This document shows positions 22,901 through 32,093 of a DNA stretch of 64,000 bases, one piece after another (the stretch's first letter is position 1; each line of letters starts with the position of its first letter). The notes below the pieces were generated by a model. That model saw only the letters and a list, made by a program, of their open reading frames with translations. It was not told the origin of the DNA and ran no database searches. Location: NCBI GenBank assembly GCA_965214705.1, contig CBDCCI010000002.1, positions 256,001-320,000 on the forward strand, written 5' to 3'. Both the position numbers and the translations under genes were made by a program. This DNA is from Alphaproteobacteria bacterium. GTDB taxonomy: Bacteria > Pseudomonadota > Alphaproteobacteria > UBA828.

Positions 22901-23323
22901 CCCGCCCGCGCCGAGATTCTGATCCGGGCCCTGGGCCGACCCGTGACCGACGATCCCGCGCAGGGCCTTGCGCCGGCGGAGCTGGCGGGCTGTGTGCTCC
23001 GCGCCCTTGCGCTGCCCGAGGTCGCCGCTCTCAGGCCGGGGCTCGTGCCGGAGCTCCCGGTCTACGGCTCCACTGAGACCGGCAGCCAGGAGGAAGCTAC
23101 GCACGGCATCGTCGACGCCATCGCCTTCGATAAGGACGGCGCGCCGAAGGTCGTCATCGACTGGAAGAGCGACGTCGACCCCACACCCGACACCCTCGAC
23201 CACTACCGAGCCCAGATCCGCGCCTACCTCGACATGACCGGCGCGGCGCGTGGCTTGGTTGTGTTCGTAACGTCCGGAGTCGTAGACTCGATTATGCGGG
23301 AGGACGGGGACTCTGGACATTGA
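19919..23323 (+). CDS. AddA-like UvrD/REP helicase with C-terminal nuclease
   Basis: EAGAGSGKT, TIHGFC, VDEFQDT, VGDPKQAIYRFRGA, TMHAAKGLEW, YVAATRA, GIVD...IDWKS; coupled to the previous gene. Confidence 0.9.
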   Translation: MAGGRLDLSDDAARHAAIAVHDRSFLVEAGAGSGKTAVMAGRITMLLAGGAEPRSIAAVTFTEFAASELLIRVRAFVSRLAVGDIPVELRVALPDGLSEEQRGNLAEADAALDEMTCSTIHGFCQRLIAPYPVEADIDPGAAVMDRDQAELSFAEIVDAWLREELDGGASGLLPELVLRNPGATVGLIRTVLDHLRRHREFSPYELQDMDQLATGFRAAVGDFGTFLDEAEAEEPETATIAGHFQSLAGEVAAALPVETPAALVALLLMAPHDDLCTGSGSLRAYRKKGKWGAAARRAGLAKADADRLNDAASARYARCCATWTAFQQAIATHVLADLVPLVQPIVGLFREHKRAAALLDFDDLIFSARDLLHGHDDVRRALAARYRHVLVDEFQDTDPLQTEILWRLCGEPPPGGDSDDWAAFVLRPGALFLVGDPKQAIYRFRGADIAAYVGAREAFRVQTADAVLSIATNFRSCAPITEYVNERFETALSGENGQPGFQALDPFRPAREEGPSVAALDVEVADENGKASAAGQRDGEAEAVADMCARLIGSETILDPESDVQRSCRAGDIALLAPTGTDLWRYEEALEQRGIPVATQAGKGLYRRQEIQDLIAVTRVFADRRDTLALGALLRGPLVGLTEEELLDIVWALPRADDAPGDLPRLDLRVAPKAIENPLARDIIEKLQALQRRVNATTPHALLSQAVDVLRVRPILLRRHRGQAERALANVDLYLSFSRAYAVRGLRAFAEAMTAAWSDEARAVEGRPDAQEDAVALYTMHAAKGLEWPIVVPINTMTRVRTPGSAVTDRASGRFYCPVLGVAPTGHEAARKDEGEELGCERVRLWYVAATRARELLVLPRLDVAAADSAWLSVVELGLEALPALDLERLPPEMDAGEPEAENAQTRESFAAEAAAIAARTHRIVWRAPSRDEDTARPVLLEEQPAILATDGDGAPADGNAAAAIQGGRERGTILHKLIEEVLTGETAEEETAVPARAEILIRALGRPVTDDPAQGLAPAELAGCVLRALALPEVAALRPGLVPELPVYGSTETGSQEEATHGIVDAIAFDKDGAPKVVIDWKSDVDPTPDTLDHYRAQIRAYLDMTGAARGLVVFVTSGVVDSIMREDGDSGH

Positions 23324-23376
23324 ATACAAACGTGCCGAGCCAGCGTGTAGTCTCTCGCCTGGTCGGAACGACCGCA

Positions 23377-25055
23377 GGGTGTAGGTCTGGCATGGTGATC
23401 GTAAGTCATTGATTTAGCGCGATTGGCGGGTGGCCGTAGGCAGCCAGAATCGGGTTTTCGTGACAATCGGCCGGTGCAGGGCCGGATTTTGTCACAACGG
23501 CGGCATCCAGCAGTGGTGGGTGGGAACGCTCCGCACCGCGAGATGCGGTAGGATGCCGCGCCGACAACCCAACATCAGACCCAACATCAGGAGCGTTCCC
23601 ATGCCAGTGTCGCAGTCTCTCATCGCCTCGTCCATCGACCTTTTGGGCCTGCCTGCCGAAGTCGCCGAAGCGGTCGCCCAGGTGGTGGAGTTCTGTCGCG
23701 AACAGGCTGGGTCTGACCCGTCTGCCGAGACGTTCGAAACGGTTGAGACGGGGCTGCGGGACGCCATGAACGGCTTGGGTTGCAAGCTCCTTGGGGCCTT
23801 CGCCGAGAGCCGCGACGACGGTGCGAGCCGGATCGAGCGCGACGGACAGAGCTGGGTCCGGGTGGCGGCGACGCCGAAGACGATCATGACGACGCTCGGT
23901 CCCGTGACCTATCGGCGTGCGCGCTATCGCAGCGGCGCGAGCAGCACGTCGCTGGTGCCGGTGGACGAGAGCCTGGGCCTCATCGACGACTACCTGACGC
24001 GGCCGGCGGCGCAGCTCGGGCTGATGATGATGGGCCACTGTACGCCGCGTGAAGCGGAGGAGTTCTTCGCGAAAATGGGCGGAATGACGCCGTCGGTGAG
24101 CACGCTGCAGCGCCTGGCCCTGAGCATGCATGAGCACTGGGAGAGCGTCGCCCCGGAGACGCTGGCCAGCATCCGTGAAACCCAGGGCATACCGCCCGAT
24201 GCGGTCACCGCGTCCGTCTCCCTTGACGGCGTCATGGTGGCGCTGCGGGCCGGCGAGGACGGCCGTGCCGAGGCGTGCTGGCGCGAGGCCTCTTGCGGCA
24301 CGGTCTCCTTCCACGACGCCGAGGGCCAACGGCTGAAGACCCTCTATCTCGGCCGTATGCCCGAGAGCGGCAAGGCCGCGCTGAAAGCGCAACTTGCAAG
24401 CGAGGTCGCCCATATCCGCCGTGTGAGCCCGAAGATCAGGATCGGCGCCGTCGCCGACGGGGCCGCCGACAACTGGACCTTCCTCGAAAGCCTCTCGCCC
24501 GAGACCGAGGTCATCGACTTCTGGCACGCTTGCGAGCATCTCCGCGTGGCCTCTGACCATGCGGTGGCGCGCCACTGGTTCGAGAAGCACCGCGAAATCC
24601 TGCGCCACGACCCCCGCGGCGTCGACAAGGTGATCCGGGCACTGCGCTACCTCCTGGACAGGGCAAAGGGGGACCCGGCCGAGATCGAGCGCGAGCTGGC
24701 CTTCTTCCGAAAGCACCGCCATCGGATGCGCTACCACGCCCTGAAGGAAGAGGGCATCGCCATCGGCTCGGGTGTGGTCGAGGCGGCCTGCAAGACCCTC
24801 GTCGCGCAGCGCTTGAAACGCTCGGGCATGCGCTGGCGGATCGACGGCGGGCAGGCGGTTCTGACCTTCCGCGCCCTGATCAAATCCGGCCTCTTCGACC
24901 GGGCATGGGATGCGCTCATGGACGCCCGATCCGGACCAGCTAACGACAACATCAGCCCAACCGAAGTCCTGGCACTCGCTGCTTGACCAAAATGAACCAG
25001 CCCATATCCTTTAGCGCCATCACGACTGGCATATCGCCATACGAGAATCACACCC
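23377..25055 (+). mobile_element. ISKra4-family IS
   Basis: IRs GGGTGTAGGTCTGGCATGG / CCATACGAGAATCACACCC; 8-bp TSD CGACCGCA at 23369-23376 and 25056-25063. Confidence 0.88.
23601..24986 (+). CDS. ISKra4 (UPF0236-like) DDE transposase
   Basis: SLDG, ADGA--NW, IDFWHACEHL, IGSGVVEAACK--V--RLK-SGMRW. Confidence 0.9.
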   Translation: MPVSQSLIASSIDLLGLPAEVAEAVAQVVEFCREQAGSDPSAETFETVETGLRDAMNGLGCKLLGAFAESRDDGASRIERDGQSWVRVAATPKTIMTTLGPVTYRRARYRSGASSTSLVPVDESLGLIDDYLTRPAAQLGLMMMGHCTPREAEEFFAKMGGMTPSVSTLQRLALSMHEHWESVAPETLASIRETQGIPPDAVTASVSLDGVMVALRAGEDGRAEACWREASCGTVSFHDAEGQRLKTLYLGRMPESGKAALKAQLASEVAHIRRVSPKIRIGAVADGAADNWTFLESLSPETEVIDFWHACEHLRVASDHAVARHWFEKHREILRHDPRGVDKVIRALRYLLDRAKGDPAEIERELAFFRKHRHRMRYHALKEEGIAIGSGVVEAACKTLVAQRLKRSGMRWRIDGGQAVLTFRALIKSGLFDRAWDALMDARSGPANDNISPTEVLALAA

Positions 25056-25062
25056 CGACCGC

Positions 25063-25917
25063 ATGACTTCAGACAAAGAGGGCCCGATCATGCCGACTGC
25101 GCAACCGCCGTCGTCGGACGTCCCGGAGTGGCTGGCTCGAGCTTCATCCGATACGATGAACACCGAGCCATTTCCGCTCCACGATATTCTCCGTGGCTCG
25201 CTGTATTACCCCGCGTCCTCCTTCGACGGTGATCCCGTCGCATATCTCGCGGGATGCATTGCGAGTTTCATTTACGTCGATTTCGGGCACGGATTAGATG
25301 AAGTCAAAGCCGAGCTGCAAGAACCGGGGTTTCTCGGTTACGAACGCGTTGGCAGCCGATCGGTGACCGAATGCGAATTGACCCCAGAGGGCTGGAGCCC
25401 CGAGCATCCGGCAGAAGGTGACCGAGGAAGGCGCTTCCTGCAGAACCGCATAAAGCCGCCGTTTTGTATCTGGTCCGTGTTCGCGCGCAAATCAGATTAT
25501 TCGCCCTCTCACGGCCCGTCCCGGTTCAGCTTTCTTTATCTTTGCGCAGATGGTAGGGCGGCGTTTCAGGCACTCTATCTGTCGAACGAGCATAGACCGA
25601 AAGCCGTCGCACTGATTCAACCTGGTGACAACGTATTCGAAATCCCCGAGGGGTTGTTCGCGAGAAATGTTCTCCAAAATTCCGCCGGCGCGCCCGAGTT
25701 CCTGCTGTACGGTGGAGCGGGAGGACGCGACTTCTATCTTCAGCCGCCGTGGCCCGGTTATCGAGCTCCGTTCTGTTGTCAGCGTGAAGACAGTGACAAG
25801 TCTTGCACTCTCCGCGAACATAGCGTCGGTCAATTCGCCGAGTGTCGTACGGTCGCCTACCGCGAGGCCTGCTTCCTCGGCAACACCAGCATTGGCGTTT
25901 GGGTCAGAGATTCATGA
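25063..25917 (+). CDS. Hypothetical protein
   Basis: 284-aa protein-like ORF with lower GC (LYYPASSFDG..FIYVD). Confidence 0.6.
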   Translation: MTSDKEGPIMPTAQPPSSDVPEWLARASSDTMNTEPFPLHDILRGSLYYPASSFDGDPVAYLAGCIASFIYVDFGHGLDEVKAELQEPGFLGYERVGSRSVTECELTPEGWSPEHPAEGDRGRRFLQNRIKPPFCIWSVFARKSDYSPSHGPSRFSFLYLCADGRAAFQALYLSNEHRPKAVALIQPGDNVFEIPEGLFARNVLQNSAGAPEFLLYGGAGGRDFYLQPPWPGYRAPFCCQREDSDKSCTLREHSVGQFAECRTVAYREACFLGNTSIGVWVRDS

Positions 25918-26006
25918 CACTACATCGCCTCTCGTCACCTGAGGCTCGCGTGACTTCAGCGGGTTGTGCTTCACTTTCTTGTTGTCAACGAGCACGGAGG
26001 CACAAC

Positions 26007-26084
26007 ATGTGGACTGAAAACACTCTGCCGAAGTATGACCAGGAGAAGTTGCGTTACGCAATCGATGTTACCGACGATGAATGA
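26007..26084 (+). pseudogene. IS5-family transposase N-terminal remnant
   Basis: MWTENTLPKYDQEKLRYAIDVTDDE resembles the MWT...RYASDLTDAEW start. Confidence 0.5.
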
Positions 26085-26178
26085 CGTTGTTCCCACACGT
26101 CTTCCCCGCAGAGAGTAAATCTCATATCGGGGTGTCCATTCCAAAATCTGCGACTCACCCTGCATCGCAGCCCTATTT

Positions 26179-26718
26179 CTAACCGATCCTCTTGTTGTAT
26201 TTGGGCAACCGATTATGACGAATCAGGAAATCGGCTTGAAGAGTCATCTCAACATCCGTTGGTTGATGCTCTTCCGGCAAACGTGTGAACTTTCCCCTGT
26301 CACGATCAGAAGGAGTCCAAACCGCTACCGAAAGACGATTCCTCTGTCGCTCCCAACGCTCCTTAAATTCTTGACACCGTTTTATGTACTCTTTGTACGC
26401 CGCTTTTGCTTTTTTCTTCCCATATATCTCACGCAATTCAGCGATTTTCTCCCGAAAGTTGGGGTTTATTTTCGACTCGTGAAATGAATTTCCTCCCGCA
26501 TGAGAGTCGAAATAATATTCGCAAGCGTTTTCAAAAGCATTCAGCCTTTCCCACAAATTGGTTGCGCGACCAATATATATGATGTTCCTGCATAGGATGT
26601 CTGGCTGCCTGTTGCGTCGTACACCTCTGGCAATAAGATAAACGCCCCGGCTGTTGAGTTGTTTCTTCAGTTCATTCCGTGCCCTAAAGGCGCACCAATC
26701 AGACATATCGAGCTTCAT
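26179..26718 (-). CDS. GIY-YIG-like nuclease
   Basis: GVYLI ... IIYIGRATNLWERL; AT-rich; C-terminal E..L....PKYN. Confidence 0.65.
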   Translation of the reverse strand: MKLDMSDWCAFRARNELKKQLNSRGVYLIARGVRRNRQPDILCRNIIYIGRATNLWERLNAFENACEYYFDSHAGGNSFHESKINPNFREKIAELREIYGKKKAKAAYKEYIKRCQEFKERWERQRNRLSVAVWTPSDRDRGKFTRLPEEHQPTDVEMTLQADFLIRHNRLPKYNKRIG

Positions 26719-27024
26719 GTTTGGTAAACCTCCTTCAATGCTGAGACCATCCCGATCCGATGAAACTGGTCCCGCAACTGCGCACCTGAAAATCCGCAGG
26801 CGCCAAGCCGGATTACCACAATCCCTCACGTCCCAATACTCGACGAAATCAGACCTGGGCAGTTACCAATTCATAATGCTTCCGTCAACCGCAAACGGCG
26901 GAACGGCAGCGAGTTCCGCCGGAGTTCGATGTGCGCGGGCACGGGCACGGTGCCAGCGTCCAAAGCCTTGCCGGCCCCAGAGGCGATGTCAAGATTGCCG
27001 GCGATCACGACAAGGTTCGCGTGG

Positions 27025-27285
27025 CAGGGCAGCGCTCGATGGCTTCTACGTCGTCCGCACCAGCCTGGCCGCGTGCGCGCCTGCGTCCTGCTGTACATGC
27101 TCGCCTGCCACGTCGAATGGCACATGCGCCGAAAGCGCGCTCCCATCCTGTTCGACGAGGACAACCCGGCCGGCGCCGAAGCCGCGCACGCCTCCATCGT
27201 CGCTCCGGCAAAGCCCTCGCCTTCGGCCCGTCGCAAGGCCGCCGGCAAGCGCACGCCGGACGGCGCGCCGGTGCATGCCTTTGGC
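27025..27285 (+). pseudogene. IS1634-family transposase C-terminal remnant
   Basis: ALDGFYVVRTSL and VLLYMLACHVEWHMR---APILFDE in broken frames. Confidence 0.65.
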
Positions 27286-27306
27286 AATGAACCGTCGCGT
27301 GATTCG

Positions 27307-28464
27307 TCACCGCGGCGGACAAGCGTCCTGTACCATGATGTCTGCGATGGCCTGCCCGACCCTCTCGGCCGCTTCCTCGATGTCGCGGTCTCCGAGATGA
27401 GCATAGCGCAGCGTCATGCTTACGTCGGAATGCCCAAGCATGCGCGAGACGACCGGGATCGGTACGCCGTTCATCACCGCGTGGCTGGCGTGCGTGTGGC
27501 GGAGATCGTGAAGGCGAACGTCCTCGATGCCCGCCTCGCGCCGGGCGCGATTCCAGAACGCAAGGTTGTGGCTGCGGGGGCGGGCGGGATCTCGTGGGGA
27601 CGGAAAGACGAAGGGGCTTGCGCCGCGCGGCCGGCGTTCGAGAATACGACGGGCATGGGTATTGAGGGGAACGATCCTGGGCCCGGTCTTGCCGTCGGCG
27701 AGGACCAGCCTGTCGCGATCGACTTCCGACCAGCGCAGCCCGACGATCTCGCTCCTGCGGCATCCGGTGAGCAGCAGGAGCCGGATGATGTCCGCCTGCT
27801 CGCGGCTGCTGTTGCGGGTCTGCCTGTCCAGGATCCGATGGAGCCTGGCGATCTCGTCGCGGGACAGAAAGCGCGTGAGCACCCGTCTCGGGTTCCTTTT
27901 CACGGCCCGCGCGGGGTTCGTTTCAAGGTGGCCGCGGGCGATTGCGAAGTTGACGATCTGCGAGAGAAGATCGAGCGCGCGATTGGCATTGCCGGGCGCG
28001 ATCCGGCTGAACCGGTCGAACCACCGCGTGATGTGCGCCGGGGTGATGCGGTCGAGCGGCTTCGAGCCGAAGGCGGGCAGGAGCTGGCGGTCGAGCAGGG
28101 ACTGGACGCCCTTTCTCGTGGACGGCTTGTATCCGTCGAAGTGGGCCTCCTTCCACGCGCCCTCGACGAAGTCGCGGAACAGCGGCGCAGCAGGCTTGGG
28201 CGCTCCGGTCGCTTCCAAGTCTGCCTTGCGCGCGTGACATTCCCGGCGGACCTCCGCCACGGACTTCAGCGACACCGGGCCGAGAGTGACCCGCCTCGAC
28301 CGGCCGCCGGTGTTCCCCAGCAGGACATAGCTCTTCCCGCCGGTGGGCCGGACCCGGACCCCGAGGCCGACAAGATGATTATCCCAGACCGCGTACTCCC
28401 GCTCGCGGGGGCGGAGGCTGGCGATGGCGCGGTCGGTGAGCCGCATCCGTTCCCTGCCGGCCAT
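27307..28464 (-). CDS. Tyrosine integrase with arm-binding domain (pair 1, second gene)
   Basis: VWD---GLGVRV-P-G-K; TGCRRSEI, KTG, RLHDLRHT, LGH....T-RY. Confidence 0.93.
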   Translation of the reverse strand: MAGRERMRLTDRAIASLRPREREYAVWDNHLVGLGVRVRPTGGKSYVLLGNTGGRSRRVTLGPVSLKSVAEVRRECHARKADLEATGAPKPAAPLFRDFVEGAWKEAHFDGYKPSTRKGVQSLLDRQLLPAFGSKPLDRITPAHITRWFDRFSRIAPGNANRALDLLSQIVNFAIARGHLETNPARAVKRNPRRVLTRFLSRDEIARLHRILDRQTRNSSREQADIIRLLLLTGCRRSEIVGLRWSEVDRDRLVLADGKTGPRIVPLNTHARRILERRPRGASPFVFPSPRDPARPRSHNLAFWNRARREAGIEDVRLHDLRHTHASHAVMNGVPIPVVSRMLGHSDVSMTLRYAHLGDRDIEEAAERVGQAIADIMVQDACPPR

Positions 28465-28467
28465 GGA

Positions 28468-29592
28468 TCAACTCTCCACCAGCGCGTCGCCGACGGTCTC
28501 GGCCGCCTCGCGCACCATGGCGTCGGCAAGGTGGGTATATTTGAGCGTGGTTTCCGCGTTGCGGTGTCCGAGCAGCCGGCCGATGGCGAGGACGGAGACG
28601 TTTTCCTTCAAGGCGAGGGTCGCGTTGGTATGGCGGAGATCGTGGAGCCGGACGTCGCGAAGACCGGCCTCGGCGCGAACCTCGTACCAGAACCGGTTCA
28701 GCCAGCCCGTGCTGCGCGGCCCTGCGGCCTGCGGCGCCGGGAAGACCCAGCGGCCCTTTCGTTCGAGCGTATTGAGCACCTTGCGGGCCGGCGCGGACAG
28801 CCAGACGGTTCTGGGTCCGGTCTTGGAATCGCGCAGGAACAGATGCCCCTCGCGGTAGTCGGCCCAGCGGAGCGTCAGGATCTCGCTCTTGCGGCATCCG
28901 GTCAGCAGAAGAAGGCGGACGATCGCAGCCCGCTCCGGGCAGCGCTCCTCGTGGGCCGAGAGCACCGCCGAGAGGCGTCGGATTTCCTCGTCGGACAGGA
29001 AGCGTTCCCGCCCCTTGCGGCGATATCTGCGGATGCCCCGGCATGGGTTGGAGCCTTCGGGCCTGAGCCCCATCGCCTCGGCCTCGCGCATGATGACGGA
29101 GAGCACCGGCATCGAGCGGTCGGCGGCGACCGGGGTGGCGCGGAGCGCGGCGAACCAGCGCCGGACGTCCTTGCCGTCGATGCCGGCGATCTGCCGTCCC
29201 GAGAAATGGGGCAGGATCTGGTTCTTGAGGTAGCAGCGGTTGACCTCGAGGGTTCCGGTCTTCCAGAGGCGCCGGTGACGCTCGAACACGGTTTCGGCGA
29301 CGGCCTCGAAGAGGGTCTCGGCGGGATCGCGGGGGGCGTCCCCGCCCCGCCGGATGGCGGCGAGCGTCTCGCGTGCGCGCGAGCGCGCATTCTCCACGCT
29401 CATGGTGCCGGCGTCGCCTATGATCTTCCAGACCCGCTCGCCGCAGTGCTGGCAGTGGACGAAGAAGCGCTTGCGGCCCGAGGGCAGGACACGGACGCCG
29501 AAGCCCCTGAGCTTGCCGTCGCGGACGTCGCGTGCGGCGTTGCGGGGCTTCAGCGCGCTCACGCGGGCGTCGGTGAGGGCGGGTCTGGTCAT
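28468..29592 (-). CDS. Tyrosine integrase with arm-binding domain (pair 1, first gene)
   Basis: GFGVRVLPSG; TGCRKSEI, KTG, RLHDLRHT, LGH....TLKY. Confidence 0.93.
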   Translation of the reverse strand: MTRPALTDARVSALKPRNAARDVRDGKLRGFGVRVLPSGRKRFFVHCQHCGERVWKIIGDAGTMSVENARSRARETLAAIRRGGDAPRDPAETLFEAVAETVFERHRRLWKTGTLEVNRCYLKNQILPHFSGRQIAGIDGKDVRRWFAALRATPVAADRSMPVLSVIMREAEAMGLRPEGSNPCRGIRRYRRKGRERFLSDEEIRRLSAVLSAHEERCPERAAIVRLLLLTGCRKSEILTLRWADYREGHLFLRDSKTGPRTVWLSAPARKVLNTLERKGRWVFPAPQAAGPRSTGWLNRFWYEVRAEAGLRDVRLHDLRHTNATLALKENVSVLAIGRLLGHRNAETTLKYTHLADAMVREAAETVGDALVES

Positions 29593-29721
29593 TCGCGGTC
29601 TCCCGGTTGCGGTTGCAGCCGGGGAACAGGGGGTTGCCCCATGCGTCCGGATGCAACAAGATGAGGGAGAGAAAACAACCCTGCGTCAGTCAGTTAGCAC
29701 CGAAGGTGCGCAAAGAGGTGT

Positions 29722-30239
29722 ACGACTCGAGCGCCTCGCCGATCGCGCTGGCTGGCCTGAAGCGGATCGCGACGCTCTATGCGATCGAGGAGAAGATCCG
29801 GGGCGAGCCGCCGGCGACGCGTCAGGCGATTCGCTGGGAGGAGTCGGCGCCGATCGTGAACGCCTTCGGTGTCTGGCTCGACGAACAGCGCTCGCGGGTG
29901 TCGGCGCGCTCGCGTCTCGGCGAGAAGCTCACCTATATCGCCAACCAGTGGGACGGGCTGCTGGAGTTCCTGCACGACGGCCGCGTCGAGATCGACTCGA
30001 ACCTGGTGGAAAACCGAATCCGCCCGCTGAAGCTCACCGCCAAGAACGCGCTCTTCGCCGGCAACGACGAGGGTGCGCAAGCCTGGGCCCGCATCGCATC
30101 GCTGATCGAGACCTGCAAGATGAACGGCGTCGAGCCTTACGCCTGGATGCGGAGCACGCTCGAGAAGATCGCCAAGGGTCACCCGCAGTCCAAAATCCAG
30201 GAACTGCTGCCGTGGAACTTCGAGCCCGAGACAAATTGA
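29722..30239 (+). pseudogene. tnpC: IS66 TnpC, 3' part
   Basis: LYAIEE, DGRVEIDSNLVENRIRP, SLIETCKMNGVEP, LLPWN. Confidence 0.92.
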
Positions 30240-30327
30240 CTCGCGCGCTCACGGCGCTCCTCAACAAGTCCCCCTCGTAGTCAACCCAGATTCCGGCATG
30301 GGGTCTGCGTAACGCTTACGTTCTTTC

Positions 30328-30920
30328 AGCGAAAGTGCGAACTCCTCGCCTTCGAGATCGGGCGGTCGGGGGAGCACCCCGCCCTTTGGGAGAAGAAGGG
30401 CGCGAGCCTCTACACGGTCACGAACGTGAACCGGTATCCGGAGCTTCGGAGGTTCACGAACCGCCTGTTCAACAAGATCGAGCGGCTCGGAGGCTTCGTG
30501 TTGTACGTCGGGGTGAGAAAGACCGCGGCGCCGGCTGCACACAATGCGAACCGGCTCTATGCCCGGGTGTTCGTGGAGGCGATCAAGCGCATTGACGGCC
30601 ATTGCGTCGAGGACCTCGACGCGCCCGAGGAATTCGTCCTGATTCTCGACGAGCATGAGCAACGCTCGGCGCTCCTGACCGAGGCGGCCAAGAGCATGTA
30701 CGGGCGGACAGAGCGTCGCCGGCGTCTCATCGAACCGCCGTTCCATCTGGAAAGTCATCGCTATCAGACAATTCAGGCAGCGGACTGGATCGCCGGTCTG
30801 GTGGGACGGCTGGGAGCGGTCTGGGCCGATCCGGCGGCATGGCCCGAGAACGAGGCGTTCCGCCGGTATTTCGAGGGTCGCCTCAATCGCGTCAGCCGCA
30901 GGAGCGGTATCCGCAATTAG
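30328..30920 (+). pseudogene. DUF3800 family protein, 3' part
   Basis: LILDE, LESH---IQAADWIAG; in frame with 7256-7406. Confidence 0.8.
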
Positions 30921-30980
30921 GGTTTCTTGCGGGTATATGACACTCGCATTCCGCCGCCCTGCAAACGGAAACGGTCTCTG
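30917..30980 (-). pseudogene. True C-terminus of the sacsin-like/DUF3883 gene
   Basis: Joins NPFQDGF to RDRFRLQGGGMRVSYTRKKP*; stop codon overlaps the DUF3800 stop. Confidence 0.7.
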
Positions 30981-31208
30981 AACGAAGCCGCTACGCGGAG
31001 TTAGCGGCGTAGAGTTCATTCATTTCCGAGGCGTCGCGGGTGCCGTTTGTTCTGTGCGTTCGCTTCCCGGTTGCGTCAGTGGCGCTCCGCCCGTCGGGTG
31101 GCGGATCCCCAGCAGCCTCCCGATCACCAGTGGTTAGTATCGACCCCTGCGACGGACCGTCGCCGGATCGGTCCGGCGGCGCGCCGTCGCGATCCAGGGA
31201 GATCGATA

Positions 31209-32087
31209 ATGACCGGGACCGCGTGCGACACGAACACCGTCACCCCTCTTCGCCAGCGCATGGAGGAGCAGCTCCGCATCGCCAATCTGGCCGCGAGCAC
31301 GTCCAAGGCCTACATCTGCGAGATCAAGAACCTGGCCAGGTACTACGACGCCTCGCCGGACGAGCTCGACGCCGAGCAGGTGCGCCAGTGGTACCTGGGG
31401 CGGATCGACAAGGGGCTCAGTCCGGGCACGACCAACGTCTCCTTCGCCGCGCTGAACTTCCTCTACATCGACACACTCGGCTGGCCTGACCATGTCGCCG
31501 GCCTGCGCTCCCGCAAGAAGCCCGGCAAGCTGCCGCGCTACATGTCGGAGCAGGAGGTCGAGCACCTCATCCTTGCGACACCCGACCTCCGCCACCGTGC
31601 TGCCATTGTCACCGGCTATGGCGGCGGGCTCCGCATCTCCGAGACCTTGGCCATCAAGGTCGGCGACATCCTGTCGGAGAAGAAGCTGCTGCACATCCCC
31701 TCCGGCAAAGGCGGCACCGAGAGAATGGCACCGTTGCCGGACATCGTCATCCACTACTTGCGCGTCTACTACAGGAACATCTGGCCGCGTCCGACGAGCT
31801 GGCTCTTCTACGGCGTCTCGCTCGACAGGCCCATCGCAACGGAGACCTTGCAGGCCGCCTTCAGGAGGGCGCGCGACATTGCCGAGCTCGACCGCAGCTA
31901 CACCTTCCATTGCCTGCGCCATTCGGCGGCGACCCATCTCCTCGAGCGCGGCGGCGATATCGAGGTGATCCGGGACATGCTCGGCCATCGAAGCGCGAAC
32001 ACGACCCGTCACTACGCCCGCGTCACCGGCAAGATGTTCGAGGGCCTCGACCACCCGATCTCAGGCTTCGCAGCGTTGCGCAACTGA
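31209..32087 (+). CDS. Tyrosine recombinase (SAM_4 type)
   Basis: LRQRM, GLRISE, GKGG, FHCLRHS-ATH, LGH....T-HY. Confidence 0.92.
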   Translation: MTGTACDTNTVTPLRQRMEEQLRIANLAASTSKAYICEIKNLARYYDASPDELDAEQVRQWYLGRIDKGLSPGTTNVSFAALNFLYIDTLGWPDHVAGLRSRKKPGKLPRYMSEQEVEHLILATPDLRHRAAIVTGYGGGLRISETLAIKVGDILSEKKLLHIPSGKGGTERMAPLPDIVIHYLRVYYRNIWPRPTSWLFYGVSLDRPIATETLQAAFRRARDIAELDRSYTFHCLRHSAATHLLERGGDIEVIRDMLGHRSANTTRHYARVTGKMFEGLDHPISGFAALRN

Positions 32088-32093
32088 CGGCGC

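Larger units (their letters stand above)
9728..29721. mobile_element. ~20-kb integrative element with two tandem tyrosine integrases, inserted in tnpC
   Basis: 10-bp direct repeat AAAGAGGTGT at 9728-9737 and 29712-29721; its removal restores RRKLKEVYDSS; subterminal IR CTGACGTAGGGTTG (9772-9785) / CAACCCTGCGTCAG (29676-29689). Confidence 0.85.
7407..30319 (+). mobile_element. IS66-family element expanded to 22.9 kb by an internal insertion
   Basis: IRs GTAAGCGGTATCGAGGCCCCAT and (rc) GTAAGCGTTACGCAGACCCCAT; 8-bp TSD GTTCTTTC at 7399-7406 and 30320-30327. Confidence 0.93.
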
